Positions 10,423-18,786 of a stretch of 64,000 nt of DNA are shown here, one piece after another. Below the pieces are notes generated by a model. That model made no database searches, was not told the DNA's origin, and saw only the letters and a list, made by a program, of their open reading frames with translations. The stretch is from an uncultured Myxococcales bacterium (lineage in GTDB: Bacteria > Myxococcota > B64-G9). Every line of letters starts with the position of its first letter. The stretch's first letter is position 1. Location: NCBI GenBank assembly GCA_964513625.1, contig CAZENH010000032.1:1-64000 (forward strand), given 5' to 3'. The position numbers were made by a program, and so were the translations under genes.

Positions 10423-12225
10423 TTGAAATTGATGGAACTTAGAATCATTTGCGGAAAGTGCTCGTCAGAATACAAGGTCTCCGACCAGAAACTGGCTAGC
10501 CGCAGTGTGCGCTTCAAGTGCAAGAAATGTGGCCAGGAAATCACGCTTTCACCCGGCGCAGACGGCGTCGAGGCCCAGGGTGGCAGCATCAAGTCGCCTT
10601 TCGAGAAGAGCTTTCCGAGCAAGTTCGGTAAATTTCACGATCTGCGCCGCATGGCCGGCGGCGGCATGGGCGACATTTATGTCGCCAAGTTGGGCGGGGC
10701 CGAGGGGTTCGAGCGTGAGGTGGTGTTGAAAGTTCTGCATCCCCACCTTGTCAAGGACGAGAGTTTTTCCAGGGCGCTCGTGGACGAGGCCAAGATCACG
10801 GTGCTGATGCACCATCCCAACATCGTCCAGATGTACAACCTGGAGAAGACCGGCGACCTGCTCTACTGTGTAATGGAGCACGTCCCAGGCAAGTCGCTGG
10901 CCGAAATTCAGCGCACTTACCGCAAGAAGGGCGCCAAGATTCCGGCCGACATGGCGATCTACATCGTCATGCAGACCCTCGACGGCCTGGCCTATGCCCA
11001 TGAACTGAAGACGGCGGACGGCAAGATGCACAACATCGTCCATCGCGACATATCGCCGCAGAACATTCTGGTCACCGGCGAAGGCTGGGTGAAGATCATA
11101 GATTTCGGAATCGCCAAGGCCGCTTCGCGCATCACCCAGACCATGCCGGGCTTCATCAAGGGCAAGTTCGCCTACATGGCTCCCGAGCAACTCAAGGGGG
11201 TGACCGATCATCGGGCCGACATCTTCGCCGTGGGAGTGGTGTTATGGGAGACGCTGTCAGGGGTCAGGCTCTTCCACTCGACCACCGACGTTGACACGTT
11301 GCACAAGGTGCTCCACCTCGATCCCCCGCCGATAAGCCTGAGCCGCTCCGAGATCCCCGGGAATCTGGACATGGTCCTGGCCCGGGCGCTTCACAAAGAC
11401 CCCGAGCAGCGCTTTCAGAGCGCCCGGGAGTTCAAGGCGGCCCTGGCCGGGTTCATCGCGCCCAAGTCCGTGGAAGATCTCAGATCGAGAGTCGACATCG
11501 ATGCCAGCCGGGTCGAGGTCAAAGAGCAGGCCGGGGCAACCGGCGGCGATGCGTCCTATACCGATATGACACCGGTGATCGACTCGAGTTCGTTGCACTC
11601 GGTGTCTCAGAAAAGGAATCTCGGGCGTTCAGGCAAGGTGGCCTGGATGATTGGCGCCGTTTTCATGGTCGTTGCGGTCGTCGCGGCCGGGTTGATCTGG
11701 GGTCTGCCTCGCCTGAGGAACAATCACTCGGCCGATGCCGGCCTGGCTGTCGCAGCCCTCGATGCGGGGACGTCCAAGGGGCTGGATGCTGGCCCTGCCC
11801 AGGCCGACGTGATCGACCAAGACGGAGGGGGCCGGCAGGCAGACGATTCACCAGCGACTATTGCCGACGGCAAGCAGGTGGCCGAGATCAAGAAGCCGCG
11901 GAACAACCACCAGCCCAGGATCCTGCCGAAGCTGACCCGCAAGATGATAGAGCGGGTGTTACGCAAGCGGGGAGGCCGGCTTCAGAGCTGCGCCGACCAG
12001 CACCTGCTGGCCGAAAAGCTGGGCCAGAGCGTAGGGCTCAAACTGAAATTCAGCATCGACAGCGACGGTCGGGTAACGAGCGTGAACCTGGAACCCGTGA
12101 AACTAGAGCAAACCATGTTCGGGAGGTGCCTGATGAAGCAGGTGCGCGCTTTAAGATTCTTGCGCAATCGCGACAAAGGCGTCTCTATTTCTTTTCCTCT
12201 GACGTTCCAGGCGGTCAAGCAGTAA
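10423..12225 (+). CDS. Ser/Thr protein kinase with N-terminal zinc-ribbon, transmembrane segment and AgmX/PglI-type C-terminal domain
   Basis: N-terminal CxxC...CxxC zinc ribbon (CGKCSSEY...CKKCGQEI). Kinase motifs HRDISPQNILV, DFGIAK and APEQ are present. One TM helix (VAWMIGAVFMVVAVVAAGLIWG). The C-terminal region resembles the AgmX/PglI gliding-associated domain. Confidence 0.85.
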   Translation: MKLMELRIICGKCSSEYKVSDQKLASRSVRFKCKKCGQEITLSPGADGVEAQGGSIKSPFEKSFPSKFGKFHDLRRMAGGGMGDIYVAKLGGAEGFEREVVLKVLHPHLVKDESFSRALVDEAKITVLMHHPNIVQMYNLEKTGDLLYCVMEHVPGKSLAEIQRTYRKKGAKIPADMAIYIVMQTLDGLAYAHELKTADGKMHNIVHRDISPQNILVTGEGWVKIIDFGIAKAASRITQTMPGFIKGKFAYMAPEQLKGVTDHRADIFAVGVVLWETLSGVRLFHSTTDVDTLHKVLHLDPPPISLSRSEIPGNLDMVLARALHKDPEQRFQSAREFKAALAGFIAPKSVEDLRSRVDIDASRVEVKEQAGATGGDASYTDMTPVIDSSSLHSVSQKRNLGRSGKVAWMIGAVFMVVAVVAAGLIWGLPRLRNNHSADAGLAVAALDAGTSKGLDAGPAQADVIDQDGGGRQADDSPATIADGKQVAEIKKPRNNHQPRILPKLTRKMIERVLRKRGGRLQSCADQHLLAEKLGQSVGLKLKFSIDSDGRVTSVNLEPVKLEQTMFGRCLMKQVRALRFLRNRDKGVSISFPLTFQAVKQ

Positions 12226-12232
12226 CGCGGCT

Positions 12233-14455
12233 TCAGTTACCCAGCCGGCGGACGAAGTACGTCTCGCCCAGACCCGGTTTCTTAAGCTGGAAAACGACGA
12301 ATCCGCGCTTCGGTACACCGGACAAGATCTCCTCGAAGCGCCCGTCGGAGTCGAGACTTACAGCGCGATCATTGGCAGACAGAGACGCTCCGGTGGCGGC
12401 GACTCCCCTCAACTCGATCTCACCAGCACGTGGACGTTGGCCGGGAGCGGGAGAGTCTATACGCAGAAGATATGCGGCATTATCGAACAGCAATGAAAGC
12501 TTGTTCATTCCGGACTGGGCAATTTCCTTGCCGGTCGTATCCAGGGCGGCCTGATACCAGTAGAAGGTGCCCTCACGCAGTTTGCCCGCCGCCAGCTTGA
12601 GCCTGTTTTTTTTACTGTCCTTGGTAACGACCGGTTTCTCGAGGTTGTCTTCCGAATAGACACGTACGCGGTAGCTATTGGCCCGCTCGACCGGCGACCA
12701 GGAAAAAGTCAAGGCCGGTGCGCGCCCCTGGAAGAAGATACGCGTCTCCTCGCCTGTGTCCGGCACAACGTTGGTCACGGAACTCGATCTGCGCGATTGA
12801 AGCAGGAAAGGGTCACGGGTGAAGATCACTACCCCCGCCTTGCCCGCCGGACTACCGTCTGCATCGCCGCGGCGTACACGGAAGAAGTACTTTCCGGGCG
12901 AGAGGCCTGCGTAGCGAAAAACGGGCCGGGCCAACGGCTCGCCGAGCAACAGCGATTTGAAGCTCGACGACCTGGACAGCTCCAGCCTGGGTGTGGCCGA
13001 GCCCTCACCGGACTTCAGCGCGAAGGCAACCGGGGGCAGCGAACGATCGTAGTACACCTGCGTGCGCATGCCCTCTTTTGCGCGTACGCGGGGCAGCGGC
13101 AGATCGCGGGGGCCCGTCAGCTTGCCGTTCTTGTCGATGCCGAGCGACTGACCGGCCTTCACCCGTATCCGCTTGTCTCCGATATCCACCTGCGCTTCTC
13201 CCGCGTGGACAACCAGGTGTGAGGCCGACTTGGACGCCGTCAGGTCGCTCTCCGCTGTCAGCCCGAGCGCGCGGGCGGTTACTTTCATCTGCGGTGCACG
13301 CACTACCTGGCTCGCCGCGGCGCCCCCTTCACGCCGCAGACGGATTCGCACCTGGCCGCTTTGCAACTCGATCTCCCCGTCGCGCTCTTGCCCGGTGCGA
13401 AACACGCCGTTGAAGACGGCCCGGCTTGCGGAAGCGATCTCTACCCGGTTCGCGCTCGAGTCTGCCAGGATTGCCGTCCCACCGTTTCTAACCCGCAGCG
13501 CGGTGCCTGGATCGATCGCCGAGACACGCCTGCGCGGCAGCTTGAAACTCCGCGAACCGGGCGGGCGGATACGGCAGGCTCTGCGCGGATCTTTCAGAGT
13601 GGCGGGCAATGCTTCACGCCTGGTGATCTCGAACTTGCCGATGTTCATGTCATATGAGGTGCCCGCCTCGATCATTTTTTTGTGGCCGGCCTGTTCCACC
13701 GAGGCCTGACCCATGATCATGTTGATGCGAACACCGGAGGAGGTGCGGCTGAATGAACCCTTGCCGATAGTCATCGAAACCTGTGACGACTCGCCGAAAA
13801 CGAGTTTGAAGCCGTGCTTGCCCTTCTTCTTCGACTCCACTTCGATGTCGCCCTGCTCGAGCAGCATCTCGAATTCTTCCTCCAGGCCGCCCATGTCGAC
13901 GCTGGTGTTCTTGGCCAGATGCACCTTGCTGCCGTCGGCAAAGGCCAGGGTTGCGCCCTTGTCTGATTCGGCGCGCACGCCTTTCTCTGTTTTCGAGAAT
14001 TTCGCTCGACCCTTGCTCAGCAAGATGGGCTTCTTGCCGCCTCCGACATCCACCCGCAGGCCGCCGGCCTTTCCGGAGGCGGCAGCGTCGAGTTCGCCCT
14101 GCGAAAGCACCAGCGTTATCTCGTCTTCCTCGATCTTGAAAGACAGCAACGATCCCGGCTTCAGGTAAAGCTCGCCTCCGTCGGCGAAGACCACCTTGGC
14201 GTTGCCGTCGGACCCCGTACGCACAGCGTCGTCTATGCCGAGCACGGTTGCCGCCGGGGCCGGATTCCACTCGGCTGTCTTTCCCTGTCTCCATTCGACC
14301 TTGCCGGAAGGTTGCTCGATATGGGCTATTTCATTGCCTGACTCCGGCTCGCCGCACATCGAGCAGCCGTATGGCCCGGCCAGCGCCAGGACCGTCAGCA
14401 AACAGCAAGAGCACAGGCGGTGCATGAATCTATTTCTTGGGATAGAGTTCGACAT
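12233..14455 (-). CDS. FecR-domain repeat lipoprotein (740 aa)
   Basis: Cys-containing signal peptide (LALAGPYGCS). There are several FecR-like beta-rich repeats (KVVFADGGELYLKPGSLLSF type) and a C-terminal fibronectin-III-like region. The start may instead be the internal Met at 14425, since the annotated start overlaps the upstream gene by 26 nt. Confidence 0.65.
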   Translation of the reverse strand: MSNSIPRNRFMHRLCSCCLLTVLALAGPYGCSMCGEPESGNEIAHIEQPSGKVEWRQGKTAEWNPAPAATVLGIDDAVRTGSDGNAKVVFADGGELYLKPGSLLSFKIEEDEITLVLSQGELDAAASGKAGGLRVDVGGGKKPILLSKGRAKFSKTEKGVRAESDKGATLAFADGSKVHLAKNTSVDMGGLEEEFEMLLEQGDIEVESKKKGKHGFKLVFGESSQVSMTIGKGSFSRTSSGVRINMIMGQASVEQAGHKKMIEAGTSYDMNIGKFEITRREALPATLKDPRRACRIRPPGSRSFKLPRRRVSAIDPGTALRVRNGGTAILADSSANRVEIASASRAVFNGVFRTGQERDGEIELQSGQVRIRLRREGGAAASQVVRAPQMKVTARALGLTAESDLTASKSASHLVVHAGEAQVDIGDKRIRVKAGQSLGIDKNGKLTGPRDLPLPRVRAKEGMRTQVYYDRSLPPVAFALKSGEGSATPRLELSRSSSFKSLLLGEPLARPVFRYAGLSPGKYFFRVRRGDADGSPAGKAGVVIFTRDPFLLQSRRSSSVTNVVPDTGEETRIFFQGRAPALTFSWSPVERANSYRVRVYSEDNLEKPVVTKDSKKNRLKLAAGKLREGTFYWYQAALDTTGKEIAQSGMNKLSLLFDNAAYLLRIDSPAPGQRPRAGEIELRGVAATGASLSANDRAVSLDSDGRFEEILSGVPKRGFVVFQLKKPGLGETYFVRRLGN

Positions 14456-16619
14456 TCAGTATTACCACTTCGCCTGCGGCGAGTTTGACCTTGCGGCGCT
14501 GAGTCATGTAGCCGGGCATCGAGATCAAGACGTCAATCGCGCCGGTGGCCAGCTTCTTTTGGAACTTGCCGTTGGCCCTGTTGGCCCGCAGCTTCACCTT
14601 GCGCGCCGGAATTGCGATCAGCGCCGGCAGGGGAAGACCGGTAACCGATCTGACAGTGCCCTTGATCGTGCCGTAAGTTGCCCCGGTCGTGGCGTGCAGC
14701 TTGATGGTCACCGGCGTGCGCGGCCTTCCGCTGACCAGAACCACCTGGCTCTCTTCGCGGTAACCCTCTCGGTTGACGGTGATCTTGACCGGGCCCGGCA
14801 CGGTCGGGCAGGTGTAGAAGCGGCCCTGCTCTGGGTCGGAAAGGAAGGTGGCCGGCTCTTCGCCGCCCATCACCACCCGCGCGTCGCCGATAGGCTCTTG
14901 CGTCTCGGCGTCCAGCACCTTGCCCACGATGCGGCTGCCCTGGACCGCAAGCTTGGCGCCGGCTTCCGCGCCTGGCAGGCGAACCTTCTCGACCCGCACA
15001 ACTTCGCGCTCAATCACCGCGGGCGGCGGCTCCGCGCCGAAGTCGTAGGCCACCGACAAAATGACGTTGTAGGGCGGAATACGCGCGGCACCTGCCGGCG
15101 GATCCATGCCGGTCAGGCCGACATCGACCGCGGCCATGACATGCAAGGTGTGGAAGTTGAGCGGCCAGATACGCAGGCCGAGGGTCAGCCAGCTGGGACT
15201 GTCGGTAAAGCCCAGCTCTTCTGCGCCCATGGCTAAAGCGCTGCCGTATTCAATGAACGGAGCAAGCAGCCCAAACTGCCAGGCGAAGCCCAACGATATG
15301 AGCAGCTGGTCGTGCGGGTTCACACCCGCGGCGAAGGCCTGGGCCGCAGTCAGGCTATAGTCGAAGATACGGCTGGTATTGTCGAAGTTGTAACCAAGAT
15401 TGAGGGTGATCAGCGCCTCTGGAAGCGGCATGAAGTCAAAGTTGAACATGATCCTGGTGCTGATGCCCTCGGTTGCCATCTGGGAGAACTTCTGTCCGGT
15501 CGGGAAGAGGGCCTGGACGCCGCCGCCAAGCGCGAACCAATCAGTAAGCCTGTAGCCATAGCGCGCGCCCAGGAATGGATCGCCGATGGTAATAATCTCC
15601 TGCGGTTCAAAGGACGCGTTCTGGTTGCTGACCAGAGTGAAACCGGTGTTCAGTTCTAGGCCTAAAATAGGCACCCCGGCAAGAGTCAGGCGGGTGAGCA
15701 TGCGCTGGTTGTCGTCGCCGTTTGCCAGAAAATCGCCGATCTTGAAATACTGCAAGGCGACGCCGGCTGTGATGCTGTGCTCTGCGAACGGCATCGCCGC
15801 CCAGGATCGGAATATGCCGCGCTGTCCGAATTCGCCGACACCGGCCGGGTCCGGCTTGGGTTCGGGTGGTATCTTGCGCTCCGAGACCACTCGCCTCTCG
15901 ACAGCCGCTGGGGGCTCAGTCTCCCCGACTGTGGTTGCGCTCGGTATTGGACCTGGTACCGTATCTTCTGGTGCAGGCTTTTCCGGCTCGGGAGCCGGAG
16001 CGGTTTCCGGCGCTGTGGGCGGCGGGAGTACGGGGGTCTCCGCCTCCGGCGGCGGCAGGGACGGTGCCTCTTCTCTTGGCGGGGGTTGGTGCTCAGGCTC
16101 CTTGGGTGGCTTCTCCGGCGTGGGAATGGGCTCTGGAACCGCGTCCTTCCATGACACGGTTTGTTCGCCTTTTACCGGTCCACGCTTCACCCTGACCGGC
16201 CTGAACAGCACCGTGTCCGACGCCTTCAGGCTGATCTCGTGAGTGCCGGCCGGCAGCTTCAGGTAGATTGACCTGGAGATCTTGATCGGCACGTCCAGTT
16301 TGAGGTCGGCCTTTTTTTTTGCATCCAGATCGAAAGCGAAATAAATCTGTTGATGTTTAAATCCGCGGGCGAGCAACACGACCGAGATCGGTCCTCCCGC
16401 CCTGAGGCGGAAAGTGTTTCCCTTCTCGACCAGGTAGTATGCTTTTGCCTTGCCTCCCTCCTTGCGCAGTTTTTTCTTGTAACGTCCGAGCACCTGTATT
16501 TTCCCGGCTTTTATACTCCTGGATGCCGCCCCTGCTGGTTGTTTGGAAAATCCGAGGCAAAGCAAGAAAGAAACAAAGCAAATTCCGGCAAAGTGATTCC
16601 TAGGGCGTTTCATTTTCAC
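14430..16619 (-). CDS. Secreted envelope protein: PEGA-like domain, Pro-rich linker, outer-membrane beta-barrel-like core, C-terminal CarbopepD_reg-like domains
   Basis: Signal peptide, then a PEGA-like segment. A roughly 90-aa Pro/Glu-rich linker (PEPIPTPEKPPKEPEHQPPP...) follows. Next are about 300 aa of alternating hydrophobic strands with aromatic girdle residues, then two CarbopepD_reg-like modules. An A9 homopolymer lies inside the CDS. Confidence 0.6.
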   Translation of the reverse strand: MKMKRPRNHFAGICFVSFLLCLGFSKQPAGAASRSIKAGKIQVLGRYKKKLRKEGGKAKAYYLVEKGNTFRLRAGGPISVVLLARGFKHQQIYFAFDLDAKKKADLKLDVPIKISRSIYLKLPAGTHEISLKASDTVLFRPVRVKRGPVKGEQTVSWKDAVPEPIPTPEKPPKEPEHQPPPREEAPSLPPPEAETPVLPPPTAPETAPAPEPEKPAPEDTVPGPIPSATTVGETEPPAAVERRVVSERKIPPEPKPDPAGVGEFGQRGIFRSWAAMPFAEHSITAGVALQYFKIGDFLANGDDNQRMLTRLTLAGVPILGLELNTGFTLVSNQNASFEPQEIITIGDPFLGARYGYRLTDWFALGGGVQALFPTGQKFSQMATEGISTRIMFNFDFMPLPEALITLNLGYNFDNTSRIFDYSLTAAQAFAAGVNPHDQLLISLGFAWQFGLLAPFIEYGSALAMGAEELGFTDSPSWLTLGLRIWPLNFHTLHVMAAVDVGLTGMDPPAGAARIPPYNVILSVAYDFGAEPPPAVIEREVVRVEKVRLPGAEAGAKLAVQGSRIVGKVLDAETQEPIGDARVVMGGEEPATFLSDPEQGRFYTCPTVPGPVKITVNREGYREESQVVLVSGRPRTPVTIKLHATTGATYGTIKGTVRSVTGLPLPALIAIPARKVKLRANRANGKFQKKLATGAIDVLISMPGYMTQRRKVKLAAGEVVILNVELYPKK

Positions 16620-16728
16620 CTTCCCGGCCGCAGGCTGACTCGCAGCGACAATACCGGCGTTAACTATTTATTAATAGTACAGAAAAGCGGTCAAGAGATC
16701 AAGTTCGGCGTAGTCTCTGCTGGAAGTT

Positions 16729-17502
16729 CTACTGAACAACCGCACTCGCCACGTTGGAAAGCGGCGAGATATTGCCGTCGTCGTCGAGCACCTTGAGTGC
16801 GAAATAGTATGTCGCTCCCGCGGGCAGATCCTTCACGAGCATCTGCTCGGCCTGCCCGGCCGGCGAGGGCGAGATGGCGAGGACCTGGGAAGCCCCGTCA
16901 AAATTGGCGTCGGTTATGTCAGATGTCGACCAGCGCAAGTCATATGAATCGGCCTGTCCCGCTCTGTCATCATCGCCGACGGCCGTCCAAGTAAGCGAGA
17001 CGTCTTTGTTGCCGTCGACGGTCGCTGAAAGGTCATCCACCGCCGCGGGCGGGTAGATGTCCTCGGCGTAGGCAGGTGTCATGGTGACGGGCACCGACAC
17101 GGTCTGGTCCTTGATGATCTTTACATTCGAGGCCGTGCCGCGATAGAGCAGGACTTCAGCCGCGAAGGCTTCTGCAGTCAGGCTGCGTCCGGAACCGGCC
17201 GGGATGTCGCTGACGGTGCAGATATAGTCTTCATAGTCACAGCTCGCAGAGCCGAGGATCTCGCTGCTTCTAAGCACCGTTATCGTGACGCTGTCGAGCA
17301 TGCCCGAAAGCTCGCCCCTGAGACCGGCAGGCGGAGGAGAAGGAATCCATTCGAGAACCGCCGTGGCGCTTCCGGTATCCGTCTGGGCGGGATAGCACGA
17401 GCAAGCCGTGGCAGCGGCCGCTAGTAGAGCCACTCGCCACACGCCCCGAGTGTGACTGTGTATCGAAGGCTTCCGTTTTCGTGAAGCAACCGACATTTTC
17501 AT
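16729..17502 (-). CDS. Lipoprotein with fibronectin type III-like domain
   Basis: Internal start MKMSV followed by a lipobox (LLAAAATACS). The C-terminal Fn3-like signature is SYDLRWS...YYFALKVLDDDGNISPLSN. ATGA start/stop overlap with the upstream gene. Confidence 0.55.
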   Translation of the reverse strand: MKMSVASRKRKPSIHSHTRGVWRVALLAAAATACSCYPAQTDTGSATAVLEWIPSPPPAGLRGELSGMLDSVTITVLRSSEILGSASCDYEDYICTVSDIPAGSGRSLTAEAFAAEVLLYRGTASNVKIIKDQTVSVPVTMTPAYAEDIYPPAAVDDLSATVDGNKDVSLTWTAVGDDDRAGQADSYDLRWSTSDITDANFDGASQVLAISPSPAGQAEQMLVKDLPAGATYYFALKVLDDDGNISPLSNVASAVVQ

Positions 17503-18467
17503 CTCCAGCTGGCTTCGACCACGCCGGCGCCCGAAGGCTCGCTGCTTCTCAGCAGAAAGTAGGCCGCGGTGCCGCCGGCACCGGCCACGGCCACTCCGAC
17601 CAGCGTCCAGAACCACCAGGTCTTGTAGAATTTCGTGCTCTCACCCTGCTCGGGGCCGCCTGGTTTTTTACCTCCCGGCAAGAAAGGCTTTTTCTGATTC
17701 AGGCTGCCGGTCTGAACGGGCTTTTTTACTATCGTGCCCGGCAGGGGTACCAAGTCAGCGGCGACTAGTTTTTTTTCGCCTGATTTGACAACGATGACGT
17801 CGTGAAAAGGTGCGTAGCCTTTCTTCTGCACTACCAGGTCAAAAGCTCCGGCCGAGACCTTGAAGCTCTTGCCTGTGGTTTTACCGAAGCGCTTGCCGTT
17901 GATGAAGACTTCAGCTTCCGGCTGGCCGCAGCGAATGCGCAACTCGCCCTTTTGGGAAGCCAGTGAAGTAATCAACGGCGACGAGACCGTCCGGGTAAGC
18001 CAGCGCACGGCGCGCTCGAGATCCACAGGATCCTTTCCTGCGAAGTCTGAGGCCTTGCGAATTTCCTTGCCCGTGTTTCCATCGAGTACGCGCATAGTCA
18101 GCGTGATGCCGTCGAGCGTCTTGGCCGCATGCAGGTGGTAGAAAGCGGATACGGCAAGCTTTTTTCCGGTGAGACGGATACAAGTCGTTTCATACAGGCA
18201 ATTCTTTCCAAACAGCTTGCTCTTCTCCAACTCGCTAATCTTGGATTTCGTCTCGGTTACGGGCTCGAGAGCGAACAAGTTCATGGCGCGGATCTCGCCG
18301 GCCATGATCTCTATCGGTTTTTCTCCCCAGTTGGAACTCAGCCCCTCTGTCTCGACCGGTAGCAGTGCTACCTTGATTGCCCCCGGCTCTCTGGTCGCGG
18401 CATGTGCAGCCCATGGCATTGCCAGGAAAATAACCATAAAAGAATATGATATGTGCATCCTGTTCAT
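17499..18467 (-). CDS. PEGA-domain envelope protein with C-terminal TM anchor
   Basis: Signal peptide MNRMHISYSFMVIFLAMPWAAHA. PEGA-like beta-sandwich (GELRIRCGQPEAEVFINGKRFGKT...KKGYAPFHDVIVV). The C-terminus is a hydrophobic helix followed by RSSEPSG. Confidence 0.55.
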   Translation of the reverse strand: MNRMHISYSFMVIFLAMPWAAHAATREPGAIKVALLPVETEGLSSNWGEKPIEIMAGEIRAMNLFALEPVTETKSKISELEKSKLFGKNCLYETTCIRLTGKKLAVSAFYHLHAAKTLDGITLTMRVLDGNTGKEIRKASDFAGKDPVDLERAVRWLTRTVSSPLITSLASQKGELRIRCGQPEAEVFINGKRFGKTTGKSFKVSAGAFDLVVQKKGYAPFHDVIVVKSGEKKLVAADLVPLPGTIVKKPVQTGSLNQKKPFLPGGKKPGGPEQGESTKFYKTWWFWTLVGVAVAGAGGTAAYFLLRSSEPSGAGVVEASWR

Positions 18468-18786
18468 CGATCCCACACCTTCCAAGAAGTCAGGCGCCTG
18501 CGATCATCAATATGATCCTGCCAGAGCCTGCCGGGTCGGTCAAATATTGTGATGGCCGGACCTTGACGATAAGCGCATGATCATTCTATCATAATATGAG
18601 ACTGAGAGATTGTTGGGCCATCCGAAAAGGCAATCCAGAGTTTGCCTGGAGCGCAAAGCCGTGATCCCCTGTCGGGAGAGAGAGGCTACCGAAGATGGCG
18701 ATTTAGAGAAAATTCTTCAGGGGTTGTCCGCTAGCGGGCGATCCCTTTCTTAATCAGGGGAGAAATCCCCGTGAGGAGAAGCAGTC

